64,000 bases of DNA from Mustelus asterias (GCF_964213995.1 NC_135802.1:90086001-90150000), one strand, 5' to 3'. Counted from the first letter of the stretch, positions 11,880 through 25,945 are shown. The notes: generated by a model from the letters alone, not told the origin. Program-made: numbers and translations.

Positions 11880-13645
11880 TCAAATGGGAGGTGCTGTCAA
11901 GGGAGCCTTAGCAAGTTGCTGCAATGCACCTGGTAGATGGCTTACACTACAACCACCATGCACCTACTGTGAAGGAAGTGAATATTCAAGGTGTTAAATG
12001 GGGTATCGATCAAGCAGGCTATTTTGTCCTGGTTGGTGTCAAACTTCTTGAGTGCTGTTGAAGCTGCACTCATCCAGGCAAGTGGAGAGTATTCTATCAC
12101 ACCCCTGACTTGTGCATTGCAGATGATGGACAGGCTTTGGGGAGTCAGAAGGTGAGTTACTTGCCACAAAATATGCAATTTCTGACCCATGATGCTTCTG
12201 GTCAACAGTGACCTCAGAATGTTGATGGTGTGGAATTCAGTGATAGTGATGCTGTTGAATGTCGAGGGAAGGAGATTATCTCTTATTGGAGAAAATGATT
12301 GCATGACACTTGAGTGGAGTGGAGTTACTTGCAAGTTATCAGTCCAAGCCTGAATATTGTCCAGGTCTTGCGGTATGCAGGAATGGACTGTTTCAGCATG
12401 TAAGGAGTTGTGAATGGAACTGAACATTGTGCAATAATCAGTGCATCTCCCCACTTCTGACCTTACAATGGAGGGAAGATAATTGATGGAAAAGGTGAAG
12501 ATGTGAAGATGTCCAAAGATGTGAGGGTTAGGTTGATTGGCGGTGCTAAATTGACCCTAGTATCAGGGGATTAGCAAGGTAAATATGTGGGGTTACAGGA
12601 ATAGGGCCTGGGTGGGATTGTGATCGGTGCAGACTCGATGGGCTCAATGTCCTCCTTCTGCACTGTAGGGATTCTATGGTTTGGCCTAGGACACTATCTT
12701 GAGGAATTCCTGCAGTGATGTTCTGGGGCTGAGATTCCTGGCCTCCAACAACCACAATCATTTTCCTTTGCTCTAGGTATGACTCTAACCTGAGCTTTCC
12801 CCCTGATTCCCATTGACATAAATGATATGGCTCTTTGACACCACACTCAGTTAAATGTTTTCTTGATGTCAAGGATAGTGGTTTCTCCTCACCCTTGAAA
12901 TTAAGCTCTTTTGCCCATATTTGGATGAAGGTAATGATATCTGGAGAAAATCAAACTAAGCAACAGTGGGCAAATTATTAGTGAGTTAATACTATCAAAG
13001 AAATTTTCCATCACTTTGCTGATCTTTGAAAATGGGTTAATTGTGTGGTAATTTGTCAGCTCAGACTTTTCTGCTTGCTGTGAACAGGACATATCTGGGC
13101 AATTTTCCATATTGTCAGATAGATACCCATGTTGTATCTCTGCTCAAACAACTTGACTAGACGCGTTGACAGTTCTGGAGCACAAATCTTCAGCATTCCA
13201 GTCGGCACATCGTCGGCACCCACAGCCTTTGCTGTATCCTTTTCTTGATATCACAGCGAGTGAATTGAATTGGCTGGAAACTATGATTATGGGGACCTCA
13301 GCAGAAGTCTGCATCCACTCGGCAATCAGGTTGAAGGTGGTTGCAAACACTTCACCCTTGTATTTTGCACTCATATGATGGCCACTGCCATCGTGGAGCA
13401 TGGGTATATACATGGATACTCTTCCTCTCCTTATTTGTTTAATTATGCACCACAATTTAAGACTGGATGCATCAGGACTGCACAGCACTGAGTTGATTTG
13501 TTTATTGTGGGATTGCCTCTATCTATAGCATGCTGCTTCTGTTGTTTAACATGCATATTGTTCTGTGTTGTAACTTCACCAGATTGACATCTCATGCTTA
13601 GGTTTGCTTGGTAATGCTCATGTAACTTTTCATGCCATTCTCCAA
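11880..13645 (-). mobile_element. Degraded CR1/L2-group LINE with an HE1 3' piece nested at about 12510-12678 (+)
   Basis: ORF fragments with ITAGIPQDSVLG and QVRGVIEYSPLAWM RT/C-terminal motifs. Confidence 0.8.
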
Positions 13646-14141
13646 ACAAGTGTGGTATATTTTTATAGGTTTACTCTGATATTTCTCCTGTGTTGGGCAT
13701 CAAAGATCACTCCCTTAATTTTTTCTTACTCACTTTATTTGGGCCATGACTTTCTGTATACATTTTGCAGGAATGCTGCATTGGCCCTTGGTGAATCTGA
13801 GACTCTAATAACTTCTGGAATTAACAAGAACTGATTTATAATTTCCTAATGTTTGGACAGCAGAAAAATATACACTCTGTCGGATCGTATGACTTAAGAT
13901 CTGAACCATGAATCTTAATTAAAAATAATAATTAAACAGCAGCCTGAGGTTAATAAACTAAATTTCACTTGATTACAAATTTAAATTCTCTGGGTAAAAA
14001 CCTTCCCTCTTTCATATAAAGAACGTATAATTTATTAACTCTCATAGTAATACTGTGGTTAGAAAGATAATGGAAATTTTGTTTGAAGATGTAATAGCAA
14101 AACATCAAGAAACTGACAATGTAATAAAGCATGGATTTTAA

Positions 14142-14477
14142 ATCATAGAATCCCTACACTGCAGAAGGAGACCATTTGGGCCATCGAATCTGCACCAACT
14201 CTCCGACAGAACATCCTACTCAGGCTCCAACCCCGTAAGCCCAATTATTTACCCCACTAATCCCCCTAACCTACACAACGGGGCAATTTAGCATGGCCAA
14301 TCCATCTAACCTGCACATCATTGGACCATGGGAGAAAACCGGAGCATCCAGAGGAAACCCACACAGACACGGGGAGACCATGCAAACACCACACAGAGTA
14401 TCACCCAAGGCCAGAACTGAACTCAGGTCTCTGGCATTGTGAGGCAGCAGTGCTAACCACTGTGCCATCGTGTCACC
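14142..14477 (-). mobile_element. HE1-type SINE, full length
   Basis: Reverse complement of head, core and tail. Confidence 0.9.
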
Positions 14478-14739
14478 TTTAAAAAGTGCTTCAAAAGTGG
14501 AGGTCACACTTGACCAATCTTAATAATTCTTTGAAGAAGTATCAAAAAGAGCAGATAAAGGAATGCAATATATTAAATATATTTGGATATTTAGAAGGCC
14601 TTTGAATATCAAATTGTGGATTCACAAGAAAAGTCAGAATGTGTGGAGCTAGGTAACGGAATGGATCACACATTGACTACAAAACATAAAAAAGGGAATG
14701 AGGCTTAATGGTAGATCCATAGACTGGCACCAGGCAAAC

Positions 14740-15100
14740 CATAGAAACCCTACAGTGTAGAAAGAGGCCTTTCGGCCCATCGAGTCTGCACCGACAACAA
14801 TCCCACCCAGGCCCTATCCCCGTATCCCTACATATTTACCCGCTAATCCCTCTGACCCTCATATTTACGCACTAATCCCTCTAATCTACGCATCCCGGGA
14901 CACAAAGGGGCAATTGAGTTTTGGCCAATCAACCTAACCCGCACATCTTTGGACTGTGAGAGGAAACCGGAGCACCCGAAGGAAACCCACCCAGACACGG
15001 GGAGAATGTGCAAACTCCGCACAGACAGTGACCCAAGCCGGGAATCGAACCCAGGTCCCTGGAGCTGTGAAGCAGCAGTGCTAACCACTATGCTACCGTG
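14740..15100 (-). mobile_element. HE1-type SINE inside an old CR1 remnant (about 14490-16270)
   Basis: Closely matches 4712-5046 in reverse complement. Confidence 0.9.
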
Positions 15101-15319
15101 ATAGGTAATAAGTAGATGTATACAATAGGTAGAAACACAATAGGTAGAAAATGATGTTCCACTAGGAGTGATGCTGGGGCCACTGCCATTCACAATTTAC
15201 AATTTACATGAATTGTTTGGACTCAGAATCAGAAGTACAATTTCAAAATTTGCAGAGAGCACCAAACTGACAGGCGTAGTAACTACAAAAGAAGAATGCA
15301 ACAATATACAAGTCCGTAA

Positions 15320-15974
15320 TTAAGAAAGCAAATGTAATGTTGTCATTTATCTCAAGAGGCTTGGAATACAAAAGCAGGGATGTACTTCTGAGGCTTTATA
15401 AAGCACTGGTTAGGCCCCATTTGGAGTACTGTGAGCAATTTTGGGCCCCACACCTCAGGAAGGACATACTGGCACTGGAGCGGGTCCAGCGGAGATTCAC
15501 ACGGATGATCCCAGGAATGGTAGGCCTGACATACGATGAACGTCTGAGGATCGTGGGATTATATTCATTGGAGTTTAGGAGGTTGAGGGGAGATCTGATA
15601 GAAACTTACAAGATAATGAACGGCTTAGATAGGATGGACGTAGGGAAGTTGTTTCCATTAACAGGGGAGACTAGGACGCGGGGGCACAGCCTTAGAATAA
15701 AAGGGAGTCACTTTAGAACAGAGATGAGGAGAAATTTCTTCAGCCAGAGAGTGGTGGGTCTGTGGAATTCATTGCCACAGAGGGCTGTGGAGGCCGAGAC
15801 GTTGAGCGTCTTCAAGACAGAAATTGATAAATTCTTGATTTCTCGAGGAATTAAGGGCTATGGGGAGAGAGCGGGTAAATGGAGTTGAAATCAACCATGA
15901 TTGAATGGTGGAGTGGACTCGATGGGCCGAATGGCCTTACTTCCGCTCCTATGTCTTATGGTCTTATGGTCTTA
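15320..15974 (+). mobile_element. Young CR1 3' fragment
   Basis: Uninterrupted 183-aa ORF 15337-15888 (LVRPHLEYC, FFSQRVV); GGTCTTAT tandem tail. Confidence 0.93.
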
Positions 15975-16789
15975 CATTAATGAAGTTGCATAATAGGTGT
16001 GTAATTGACAAATTGAGTTCAGTACTGTGAAATGATACAGATTGGTAAGAAGAATAATAAGGCCACATACAGATTGGATAATAAGCATCTGAAGGGGGAA
16101 GGAACAAAGTGATCTGTGGTAGAAATACACAAAGTACTGAAAGTAGTGACAGAGGTTCATAAAACCATGAAAAATAAAGCAAACTAAAAACTGGTGTACA
16201 TTTCTAGAGACAGAATTGCTAAGCAGCGAAGGTCTATTGAACTTAAATAGAAGCCTTGGTTAAAACACTGCAGCTTGGTTTGAGTATCTTACCCATCCCT
16301 AATGGTCCCTTCTTCTTTCCATGCAAACTCATGATCCCCTACCAATCCATATGGGTTCTTATAATCCCTATTTCAACTTAGTGCCAACTCATGCCAACCC
16401 ATGTGCCTTTACCCACCACCCTTTTCCCTTAGACCCTCCATGCTAATTCATCCAGTAATCACCATAGGCAGACCTCAGGGGCCATACTGAGATGAAATAA
16501 AATCATGAGCTAAATATTTATTATAGCGTTAACTGTATAAAATAATAAATTCCATTCATGAAAGCCAATTTAATAAATGTATATCCTCTCAAATGTTTAA
16601 TCCCTATGAAAACAAATATTTGTATTCATAACCAACATCAAAATAGTTAATCCTTTGATAGCCTCTTTGAACTGTAAATAAAACTATGAGCTTATAGCGG
16701 AAAGCAGCAAAGTAGTAATTCTTCAATGATAGCACTTAGGGTTATTCCAACAAACATCTATTAAACTGCTAGAAGAGATTTTTTTTTCC

Positions 16790-18700
16790 AAGACCTGAAT
16801 TTTACCCTCAGGACAATCCCAAAGCTGTTAATGTGATATTACAGTGGGTGGCCAATTAAGGCCCACCCAGCATGCAATGCATCTGCCGCTTGCATCTCTG
16901 TGCAGGCAGCAGTGAGAATGTATCAGGCGCCAGGTCCAATGAGGATCCAACATGGGTGTTTAAAATCAGTGGATGCAGCTGAGGAGAAATAACTTTACTG
17001 CCGTCCAGTAATGTCAGCAGTGCCAGGAGTCCATGTAAAGTGGGAAGGCAAGTCAGATTGGCTAAATGCCTCCCATTTCTCAGATGAATGCCTGTCTGTG
17101 CTAGTGCAGCAGGTCAGTGTCAGGTACAATATCCTGATGCCCAGGTACAGCAAGCAAAGGCCACCCTGTCTGACTAAGATGGCCTGGATCATGGTAGCAG
17201 CTGAGGTTAATGGGCATGACATAGGCCCCACACCTGACTCTAGTGCCACAAACGGTTCAATGATCTTCTGCAGTTAGAAAGCACAATAGGCTGCTGTGCA
17301 TTGGATGGGGGATGTGTGTCACAGTGAAATGGTCTGCTAATTCCCCATGTAGGGAGAGGGGCATCTGGAATGGGCCTCAAGGAAGATGGAACACTGATGA
17401 CCCTTTTTTTTGTCCCCTGTCAGCAGAAGACAAGTCACAATAATGCAAAGCTGAACTGGTGGAAGAGTCCTCAATCTGCTGGCCCTGACTCGGAGTGAGG
17501 GTGATGCCCTGGATTTGAATTGCCACCAGCCAGCTTGCTCCTCAGGTCCTGGTGAGACGATGGTCTGAAATGAAGGTAAGTGTGTAGGTTCCAGATGAGT
17601 ATTCCACAGATACAGGAGAGTTCACGGGTTCCTCTTATCTGAAAGTGAGCTGTCCCAGCCAGAGTGCCCATTGAAGCTCCAATGCAGATGTCAACATGCA
17701 ACATCCCTCCATTGTCTCAGCAGGCCATCTAGCATCTATAGTGATGAGGATGATTGAATTAACTGATGTTACATCTTCCTTCTGCAGATGAGCCAACTGC
17801 ACTGGCTGCAGGTGACCTCAAGGACCCCCTGTCCAGCCCCCTCACACTAGATTTCAGTACCAGGCACCAGCGCAAATACTTACACATCAGTGGGCTTTAG
17901 GTGGTTGCCTCTATGGGTAATGCACAGTGGTGAGGGCACTTCATGTTCGTGTGAGGAAGTGGCAGATGCAGAGAGTTCCTAGTGCACCATCAGTGGAAGC
18001 ACTGCTGTAGGGTAGGACCACACTGAATTGAAGGCAGATGATGAGCCACTGGAGATGTCCATCAGGCGGCAGAGCTTTATGCCCAGTAGAATGTGTGGGG
18101 GGTTCTGTCAAAGATCCATGAGGATCTTCATGCCATGGCTTCCATCACTGAGAGTGGTGACACTTGTGGATAGGCTGCTTCAGGGACACCCCCAGGGATT
18201 CCAGGAGTCGCCCTTGGACTTGCAAGCTAGCACACCAGCTGTGACCTCTGGAGGTCACTGCTAGTGAGAGAGGTGGTTGAGGAAACTCGTCTCTCTGCTA
18301 GATGGTCTTCTATTAATGGAGAGCAGGGAGGTGCAGACGTACTTCACCCTGGTGGCGAGCTGTCTGATGTCTCGTGGACTCCTCTCAGGGTGGACCAGAG
18401 GAGAGCACCAACTCCTCCATCCCTCTGCCAGTGGCAGCTACATTTGTCAATGCCGTAATATCTAAGGGGAGCCCAGCCATTGGGCTAGATGTTCCTTCCC
18501 AGCTGGAACCAACCTAGTCACTGGTGGCCAGAGGAAGCCCACTAAGGTCATCACGGCCATCACAACAGCAAAGTCAGCAGGTTGCCCCCAATGCCAGCAA
18601 GAGAGAGGCACCAAGACACAAGACCCACAGTCATAATTTTAAGGGCTTAAGCACAACAGGGGCGTGTCACAGGTAACATTATTTGCATTCATTGCTTTGA
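16790..18700 (+). mobile_element. Harbinger transposon fossil, Myb/SANT DNA-binding gene remnant
   Basis: HFSDECLSVLVQQVSVRYNILMP..KMAWIMVAAEVN at 17060-17280, typical of Harbinger Myb/SANT proteins; extent is approximate. Confidence 0.65.
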
Positions 18701-19746
18701 GTTTTCTGTTCAACGTTTTTTGCTGATAACTAATTGCATAATTAATTTTAAACATATGCTGTATAATGTATTTTTTCCCAATATAAAAGAACGTTCAAAG
18801 TTTCTTGTTCCTTAGTTTCATTGGAAAACTCATGTTTATATGTTCATTGCATTGCAACAATGAAATTGGCCCTAAGGTGTTAATTTCCTGACTGTCTCTA
18901 ACCACTGGATTTAAAATATAAAACATGTTTACAAAGGACATCTGAGAATCACCTATAAATATCCTGATACAGTTGTCAAGAATATGGAGTAATTCAGTAT
19001 TCAACAGAAAATAGGAGACACACTAAGCAAGTCAGACAGCATTTGTCAGGGGAGGGTGGGTAAAAAGTCATTAACCTGAAATACCTACATTCCTTTCTCT
19101 AAAGGCACTACCTGACCCAGAGAGCTTTCAGCATTTTCAGTTTCAATTTCAGACTTCCAGCATCAGCAGGATTTTTATTTCAACATTCAGTATATGTTGA
19201 GACAGGAGAGTGAGGAGGTCGAGTTGGTTTCCTCTGCATCTTTTACACCAGGGCCTCCAGTGCAGTGTTTGACAATGGTCTGCCTGTCCGTCTATCTCTA
19301 ATTTGGAACATGCAACTATGTGGCAGCCAGCACACTTAGTGGGTATGAGGAACACTCTTAAATTGCTCCACAAAAATTCCATCTAATCAGAACTTGAGTG
19401 CTAATCCTGCAGGGTAGATGTCTAACACCTCCAGGCAAGTTCAAAGTACAATAATTAGCAATCAACATCAATATTGACTGTGATTTGAGATTTAAACAGG
19501 TTAATAAGCATAGCACATATTTTCACTTTGGGAAAAAGATGCTCTGTATTTTTAAATTGAATTATGACCTTTAATCTAGCGGTAAAAATGTGGCCCCTGT
19601 GTAACGGCCCAGAAACCACGGCTCCCCAAGTACTGTGGGCATTGGCAGTGTAAACAGTTGAACTTTGAATAAAGCAAGATCAATTAATCAACATTTCAAG
19701 GTGTTATCCCAGGCACATGGTGCACATTGGGAGCTCCAGTGACTCT

Positions 19747-19865
19747 CTGACGAAGGGTCATCCAGACTTGAAACGTTGGTGCTATCCTCTCTCCACAGAT
19801 GCTGTCAGACCTGCTGACTGTTTTTGTTTCAGATTCCAGCATCTGCAGTATTTTGCCTTTATTTG
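19747..19865 (+). mobile_element. PLE family B pLTR insertion starting at a hammerhead motif
   Basis: CTGACGA-A-GGGTC-ATCCA-GACTT-GAAA-CGTT at 19747-19777; TSD GTGACTCT at 19739-19746 and 19866-19873. Confidence 0.8.
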
Positions 19866-20664
19866 GTGACTCTTAATGGGTTGTATGTTGCATCAAAGGT
19901 GTCCTCCAACAGATGACCAAACCTGTGTTCCTTGATTCCTTATGAAGGGAGGGCCATCTAAATTCTGGGCATTGAGAGTGTGGAGAGGGGTTGCGGACCT
20001 CTGCAAATTCAATGGTATTTATCAGCCTATATCTCTATACTACTTACTCAGTCTCTCAGGTGTTAGAAAGGGCTGGTTCCTTATGATGACAAGGTAATGC
20101 AGCATGAGTCTATGACCACAGGCCTGGTTACATGAGCAGAGCCGTACTTCAAAGCTCCTCCTGAACAACTGGGGCAGTGGAAGTGTTATTTGAATATGCT
20201 GATAGTCAGGTCAATAACATTTATGATGGCAATATGCCTGTCATTGTAGCCAAGCTTGACAACTGACTAGAGTTATGAGCTACATCTGTAGGAGACAGTT
20301 CCTGGCACTCAGTAGGCAGCGTATGACCTGACAGCCTGGTTGGAATAAAGGTGTCACAGGATGAATGAATTATAGTCACTGCAGGAAACCAGGTTTGGAG
20401 CTGAATGGTGCACTTGTAAAGAAAGTGCACATCCTGGGAGTGATATTCCTATCTACTGAGAAAGAAGCCAGCAGGTGATGAAACCACACAAGACAATTTG
20501 GCTGCAGTCTTTGGCACCTTGTGGCTCAGAGAAGCCTACAATGCAGATGAACCACAAAGAACAAGCCTAAATTATAAAACAATGGAAACCTACAAATTTA
20601 AATATCATTGTTGCCGATGGTAACAATGCACTCCAGTCACTGCAGAGGCTATTGGTTATGGAAG

Positions 20665-20980
20665 TCATTGAAAGTACAGACAAAGCATGCTCCTTCTCCA
20701 GTATCTCCCATGCATGGAAACGCCATAGAAGAAAGGCAGGCCGCCAGAACTTACACCTCCATGGCCTGAATCTGACCTGAATCTACTGAAGGCCACCTTT
20801 GCCATACCCAGAAACAGACCCATTTGGGGGGAATCCTCCAACTTCCCTAGATCCCTAGGCACTGGGTGGCTAATGACCGAGAATGTGTGATAAGCAGGCC
20901 ATGTTCTTTCTCCTGTCGACCTGAGGTAGGGGAACACAGTCCTTGCAGCAGCAACATCATCAAAATTTGTCACATAACAG
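20665..20980 (-). mobile_element. Tx1/L1-clade LINE 3' remnant
   Basis: GLFLGMAKVAFSR..LPFFYG resembles 58103-58330. Confidence 0.55.
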
Positions 20981-21084
20981 GTATCATTCTTCTTTCAGAT
21001 GAAAAGAAGTACTAGGAGAACTAATCAAATCCCATTTCCATTTATTTCATTTAAGGCACTTTCCTGTTCCACATTAGAAACATC

Positions 21085-21582
21085 ACATAGGGTCATAGAG
21101 CCATCGAGATTTACAGCATGGAAACAGGCCCTTCAGCCCAACTTGTCCATGCCACCCTTTTTTTTAAAACCCCTAAGCTAATCCCAATTGCCTGCATTTG
21201 GCCCATATCCCTCTATACCCATTGTACCCATGTAACTATCTAAATGCTTTTTAAAAGACAAAATTGTACCTGCCTTTACTACTACCTCTGGCAGCTTGTT
21301 CCAGACACTCACCACCCTCTGTGTGAAAAAATTGCCCCTCTGGACACTTTTGTATCTCTCCCCTCTCACCTTAAACCTATGCCCTCTAGTTTAAGACTCC
21401 CCTACCTTTGGGAAAAGATATTGACTATCTAGCTGATCTGTGCCCCTCATTGTTTTATAGACCTCTATAAGGTTACCCCTCAGCCTCCCACGCTCCAGAG
21501 AAAAATGTCCCAGTCTATTCAGCCTCTCCTTATAACTCAAACCATCAAGTCCCGGTAGCATCCTAGTAAATCTTTTCTGCAC
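21085..21582 (-). mobile_element. CR1 3' end (same subfamily as 46425-47577)
   Basis: VQKRFTRMLPGL..FFTQRVV; closely matches 46435-46920. Confidence 0.93.
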
Positions 21583-22409
21583 ATGCTCGTCCTGTAAGAG
21601 TAATCTAGAACCTAGCTGAAATATATTGAAGGCCTGTGCAGTATAATTAAAGAACAACAATAACATTCAACTATAATTCTCCTTTTTGTCATATTAGCAA
21701 TATTTCCCATTACTGTAGAAATTGCTGTTCTTTATTCAGGTATGATATATATGTGTGTGTTGTGTGCGTGTAATAGAGAACATACATGCGAATATGGTGA
21801 TACACACGTATTGTGTTGTTTGTAAGGTGTTAATTTTAATTTGCAAAAATTGGCATTAATGGGGCATTATGAATCTTAAAATAAGGTTGGTAGTCTCACC
21901 AATTCATTAAGGTGACTTTTATGGAAACTACTGGGTGGCCAAAGCGCAGGCCTGTTTCAGGTCATAGAGCTCTTTCAGTTTGTAAATTTGGGGCCTATAA
22001 TGTACATAGAAACAAGGTTACAATTTTAAGACAGAACTAGATTGGGTCATGCGCTGTGCACTCTGATCAATTTTAATGTTGATGAAGCTGAATAAGCCAG
22101 GATAAAGCTACGTTTTCTCTTACTAGCTTTACAAAAATAATCAGGTTCACCGCTGCCCTGGTTCTCCCCTCCCTGTCCGATGTGACTGCAATCCCTCCTC
22201 ATCGCCTCCCCAACTCCCCTCCCACTCAGCCAGTCAGAAAGTTTGTCAGCCTGAATCCAATTAAGTGCATCTGCAGCTTGCCAATTCTATTTAAATGGGG
22301 CCAAGGCTTGAAAATAGCGCTGGCCTCTTTGTTCCCAGAAAGGGAGGGCTCTCAGTGTGCTCCGCAAGTTGGTTTCACAAAAATTAGAGTTGAACTATGG
22401 AAGTTTATT

Positions 22410-22690
22410 TATTTATTCATTCATGGGATGCAGGTGTCACTGGTTAGACCAGCATTTGTCACCCATCCCTAATTGCCCTTGTGAAGGTGATGATGAGCTG
22501 CCTTCTTGAACCACTGCAGTCCATGTGTTGTAGGGATATCCACAGTGCTGTTAGGAAGGGATTTTGAACCAGCAACATTGAAGGAATAGTGATATATTTC
22601 CAAATCAGGATGGCATGTGGCTTGGAAGGGAACTTGAACATGGTGTTCCCTTGCGTTTGTTGCCCTTGTTCTTCTAGGTGATAAATCATT
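22410..22690 (-). mobile_element. 3' end of a CR1/L2-group LINE
   Basis: Short-repeat tail; 3' terminus shared with the SINE at 5250-5590. Confidence 0.7.
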
Positions 22691-23223
22691 TTAGTTATTG
22701 TGTTATGACTAGCGGTGCTCTTTTGATATAACTTGCAGCAATAGTGCTGGAAACAATCTTCTTGCTATAATATGAAGTAAGCATATTATTGTGTCACTGC
22801 AGGCTATCAACATTGTAGAGCTATTTATGTCTGGAGGACTATAACTCAGAGGAATAGTGTCACACATTTTTATTACATAGAATTAAATGTTGTGGGATTG
22901 TGCGTAATGCATTAGCATGAATTGAGGATTGGTTAACGTACAGAAAATGAAGAATAGAATAAAGAGGTGACTTTTGGGTTGGCTGGCAAAGGATACTGCA
23001 AGAATTAGTACTTAGGCTTCAGCTATTCACATTCTTCATTGTGTTTATAAAGTCCTTATGCAACTTTAAACCTAAATAACTTTGAATGTACACATGATAA
23101 CAAAGTATAAATAGCATATGGATGCATAACTCATAACGTTCTAGCACACAATTGGTTTAAATTTCTATGCATCAACATAACTGCCATCTTTAATGATACA
23201 CCATTCAACCTGATTTTTCAGGT

Positions 23224-25945
23224 TCATTGGACCAATGAGCTTGCGCAAGCCAGTGGGAGAGAGACTGCAGCCTGAGTGAGGTTCAGCCAGAGTGAGGGTA
23301 TCGGGAATTTGGAGCTGAGTGGGAATTCGGTGCTGAGGGGAAAGAGGTGCTCATCTTTGTGAGGAGCGGAGAGGCGGACCTGTAAGGGAGACTCGAGGGG
23401 AAGTGAGAAGTAGAAAGAAATCAAACCGTGCCATCACAGCCAGCAAGCAAGTGATTGGCTGGTGACTTGCAAGTAGTTTTTCCTTTCTTTTTTCTCTTTA
23501 TTTTGTCTTGGCATTGTAGTTGTTGCTGTAAGTTGGGTTACATCATGGCAGGAGATCCCAGACCCATGTCATGCTCCTCTTGTGCGATGTGGGAATTCAA
23601 GGATTCTTCCAGTGTCTCTGGCTCCTTCACGTGCAAGAAATGTGTCCAACTACAGCTCCTGAGAGATCACTTTGAGATCAGTGACAATAATTCCATTCGT
23701 TTTAAGATAGCTATGGAGAATAATAGGTCTGGCCTAAAAGTTAAAATTCTAAATTGGGGTAAGGCCAATTTTTATGGTATTAGACGTGAACTTTCAAAAT
23801 TTTTAATTAGAGGAGTCGGTTGACAGGTAAATGGACTTCTGGTAAAGGGAAGGCTTTCAAAAATGTGTTAACCAGGGTTCAGGGTAAGCACATTCCTTTA
23901 GAATGAAGGGCAAGGCTGGTAGACGTAGGGAATCCTGGATGACTCGGGATATTGAGGCCCTGATCAAAAAGAAGAAGGAGGCATATGACATACGTAGGCA
24001 GCTGAGATCAAGTGGATCCCTTGAAGCATTTAGAGGTTGTCGGAGTAGAGTTAAGAGAGAAATCAGGAGAGTGAAAAGAGGATATGAGATTGGTTTGGCA
24101 GATAAGGCAAAGGAGAATCCAAAGAGTTTCTACAAATACATGAAGGGCAGAAGAGTAACTAGAGAGAGAGTAGGGCCTCTTAAGGATCAACAAGGTCATC
24201 CATGTGTGGATCCACAAGAGATGGGTGAGATCCTAAATAAATATTTCTCATCGGTATTTACTGTTGAGAAAAACATTGGTGTTCGGGAACTTGGGGAAAT
24301 AAATAGTGGTGTCTTGAGGAGTGTACATATTACAGAGAAGAAGGTGCTGGAAGTCTTAAAGTGCATCAAGGTAGATAAATCCCCGTGACCTGATGAACTA
24401 TATCCCAGGGCATTGTGGGAGGCTAGGGAGAAAATTGCGGGTCCCCTAGCAGAGATATTTGAATCATCGATAGCCAAAGGTGAAGTGCCTGAAGATTGGA
24501 GAGTAGCAAGTGTTGTGCCTTTGTTTAAGAAGAGCAGCAGGGAACAGCCGGGGACTGCAGGCCGGTGAGCCGAACATCTGTACTGGTTAAGTTGTTCAAA
24601 GGTATTCTGAGAGACAGGACCTATAGGCATTTAGAGAGGCAAGGACTGATTAGGGACAGTCAGCATGGCTTTGTGAATGGAAAATCATGTCTCACGAATT
24701 GATTACGTTTTTTGAAGGGGTAACCAAGAAGGTAGATGAGGGCCGTGCAGTCAACTTTGTCTACATGGACTTTAGCAAGACCTTTGACAAGGTACCACAT
24801 GGTAGGTTGTTGCATAAGGTTAAATCTCACAGGATTCAGGGTGAGGTAGCCAATTGGATACAAAATTGGCTTGATGACAGAAGACAGAGGGTGGCTGTAG
24901 AGGGTTGTTTTTCAAATTGGAGGCCTGTGACCAGCAGTGTGCCTCAGGGATCGGTACTGGGTCCACTGTTATTTGTTATTTATATTAATGATTTGGATGA
25001 GAATTTAGGAGACATGGTTAATACGTTTTCAGATGACACCAAGATTGGTAGCATAGTGGACAGTGAAGAAGGTTATCTCGAATTGCAACGGGATCTTGAT
25101 CAATTGGGCCAGTGGGCTGATGAATGGCAGATGGAGTTTAATTTGGATAAATGTGAGGTGATGCATTTTGGTAGACTGAATCGGGGCAGAGCCTACTCAG
25201 TTAACGGTAGGGCTTTGGGGAGAGTTACAGAACAAAGAGATCTTGGAGTACATGTTAATAGTTCCTTGAAAGTGGAGTCACGGGTGGACAGGGTGGTGAA
25301 AAGGCATTTAGCATTCTTGGTTTCATTGGTCAGAACATTGAATCCAGGAGTTTGGACGTCTTGTTGAAGTTGTACAAGACACAAGTGTAAGGCCACACTT
25401 GGAATACTGTGTACAGTTCAGGCCACCCTATTACAGAAAGGATATTGTTAAACTAGAAAGAATGCAGAAAAGATTTACTAGGATGCTACCGGGACTTGAT
25501 GGTTTGAGTTATAAGGAGAGGCTGGACGGTCTGGGACTTTTTTCCTTGGAGCGTAGGAGGCTTAGGGGAGATCCCATAGAAGTCTATAAAATAATAATGA
25601 GCATAGATCAGGTAGATAATCAACATTTTTTCGCCAAAGGTAGGAGCGTCTAAAACTAGAAGACACAAGTTTAAGGTGAGAGGGAAGGGATACATAAGGG
25701 TCCAGAGGGGCAATTGTTTCACTCAGAGGGTGGTGGGTGTCTGGAATGAGCTGCCAGTGGCAGTAGTAGAGGCAGGTACAATTTTGTCTTTTAAAAAGCA
25801 TTTAGACAGTTATATGAGTAAGATGGGTATAGAGGGATATGGGCCAAATGTGGGCAATTGGGACTAGCTTAGTGGTAAAAACTGGGTGGCATGGACAAGT
25901 TGGGCCGAAGTGCCTGTTTGCATGCTGTAAACCTCTATGACTCTA
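23224..25945 (+). mobile_element. CR1 LINE with 5' UTR and ORF1 start, large internal deletion, ORF2 RT pseudogene
   Basis: ORF1 zinc finger CSSC..CKKC from ATG 23545; ORF2 fragments 23903-24388, 24687-25367, 25399-25653 and 25676-25867; CTCTATGA tail. Confidence 0.93.
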
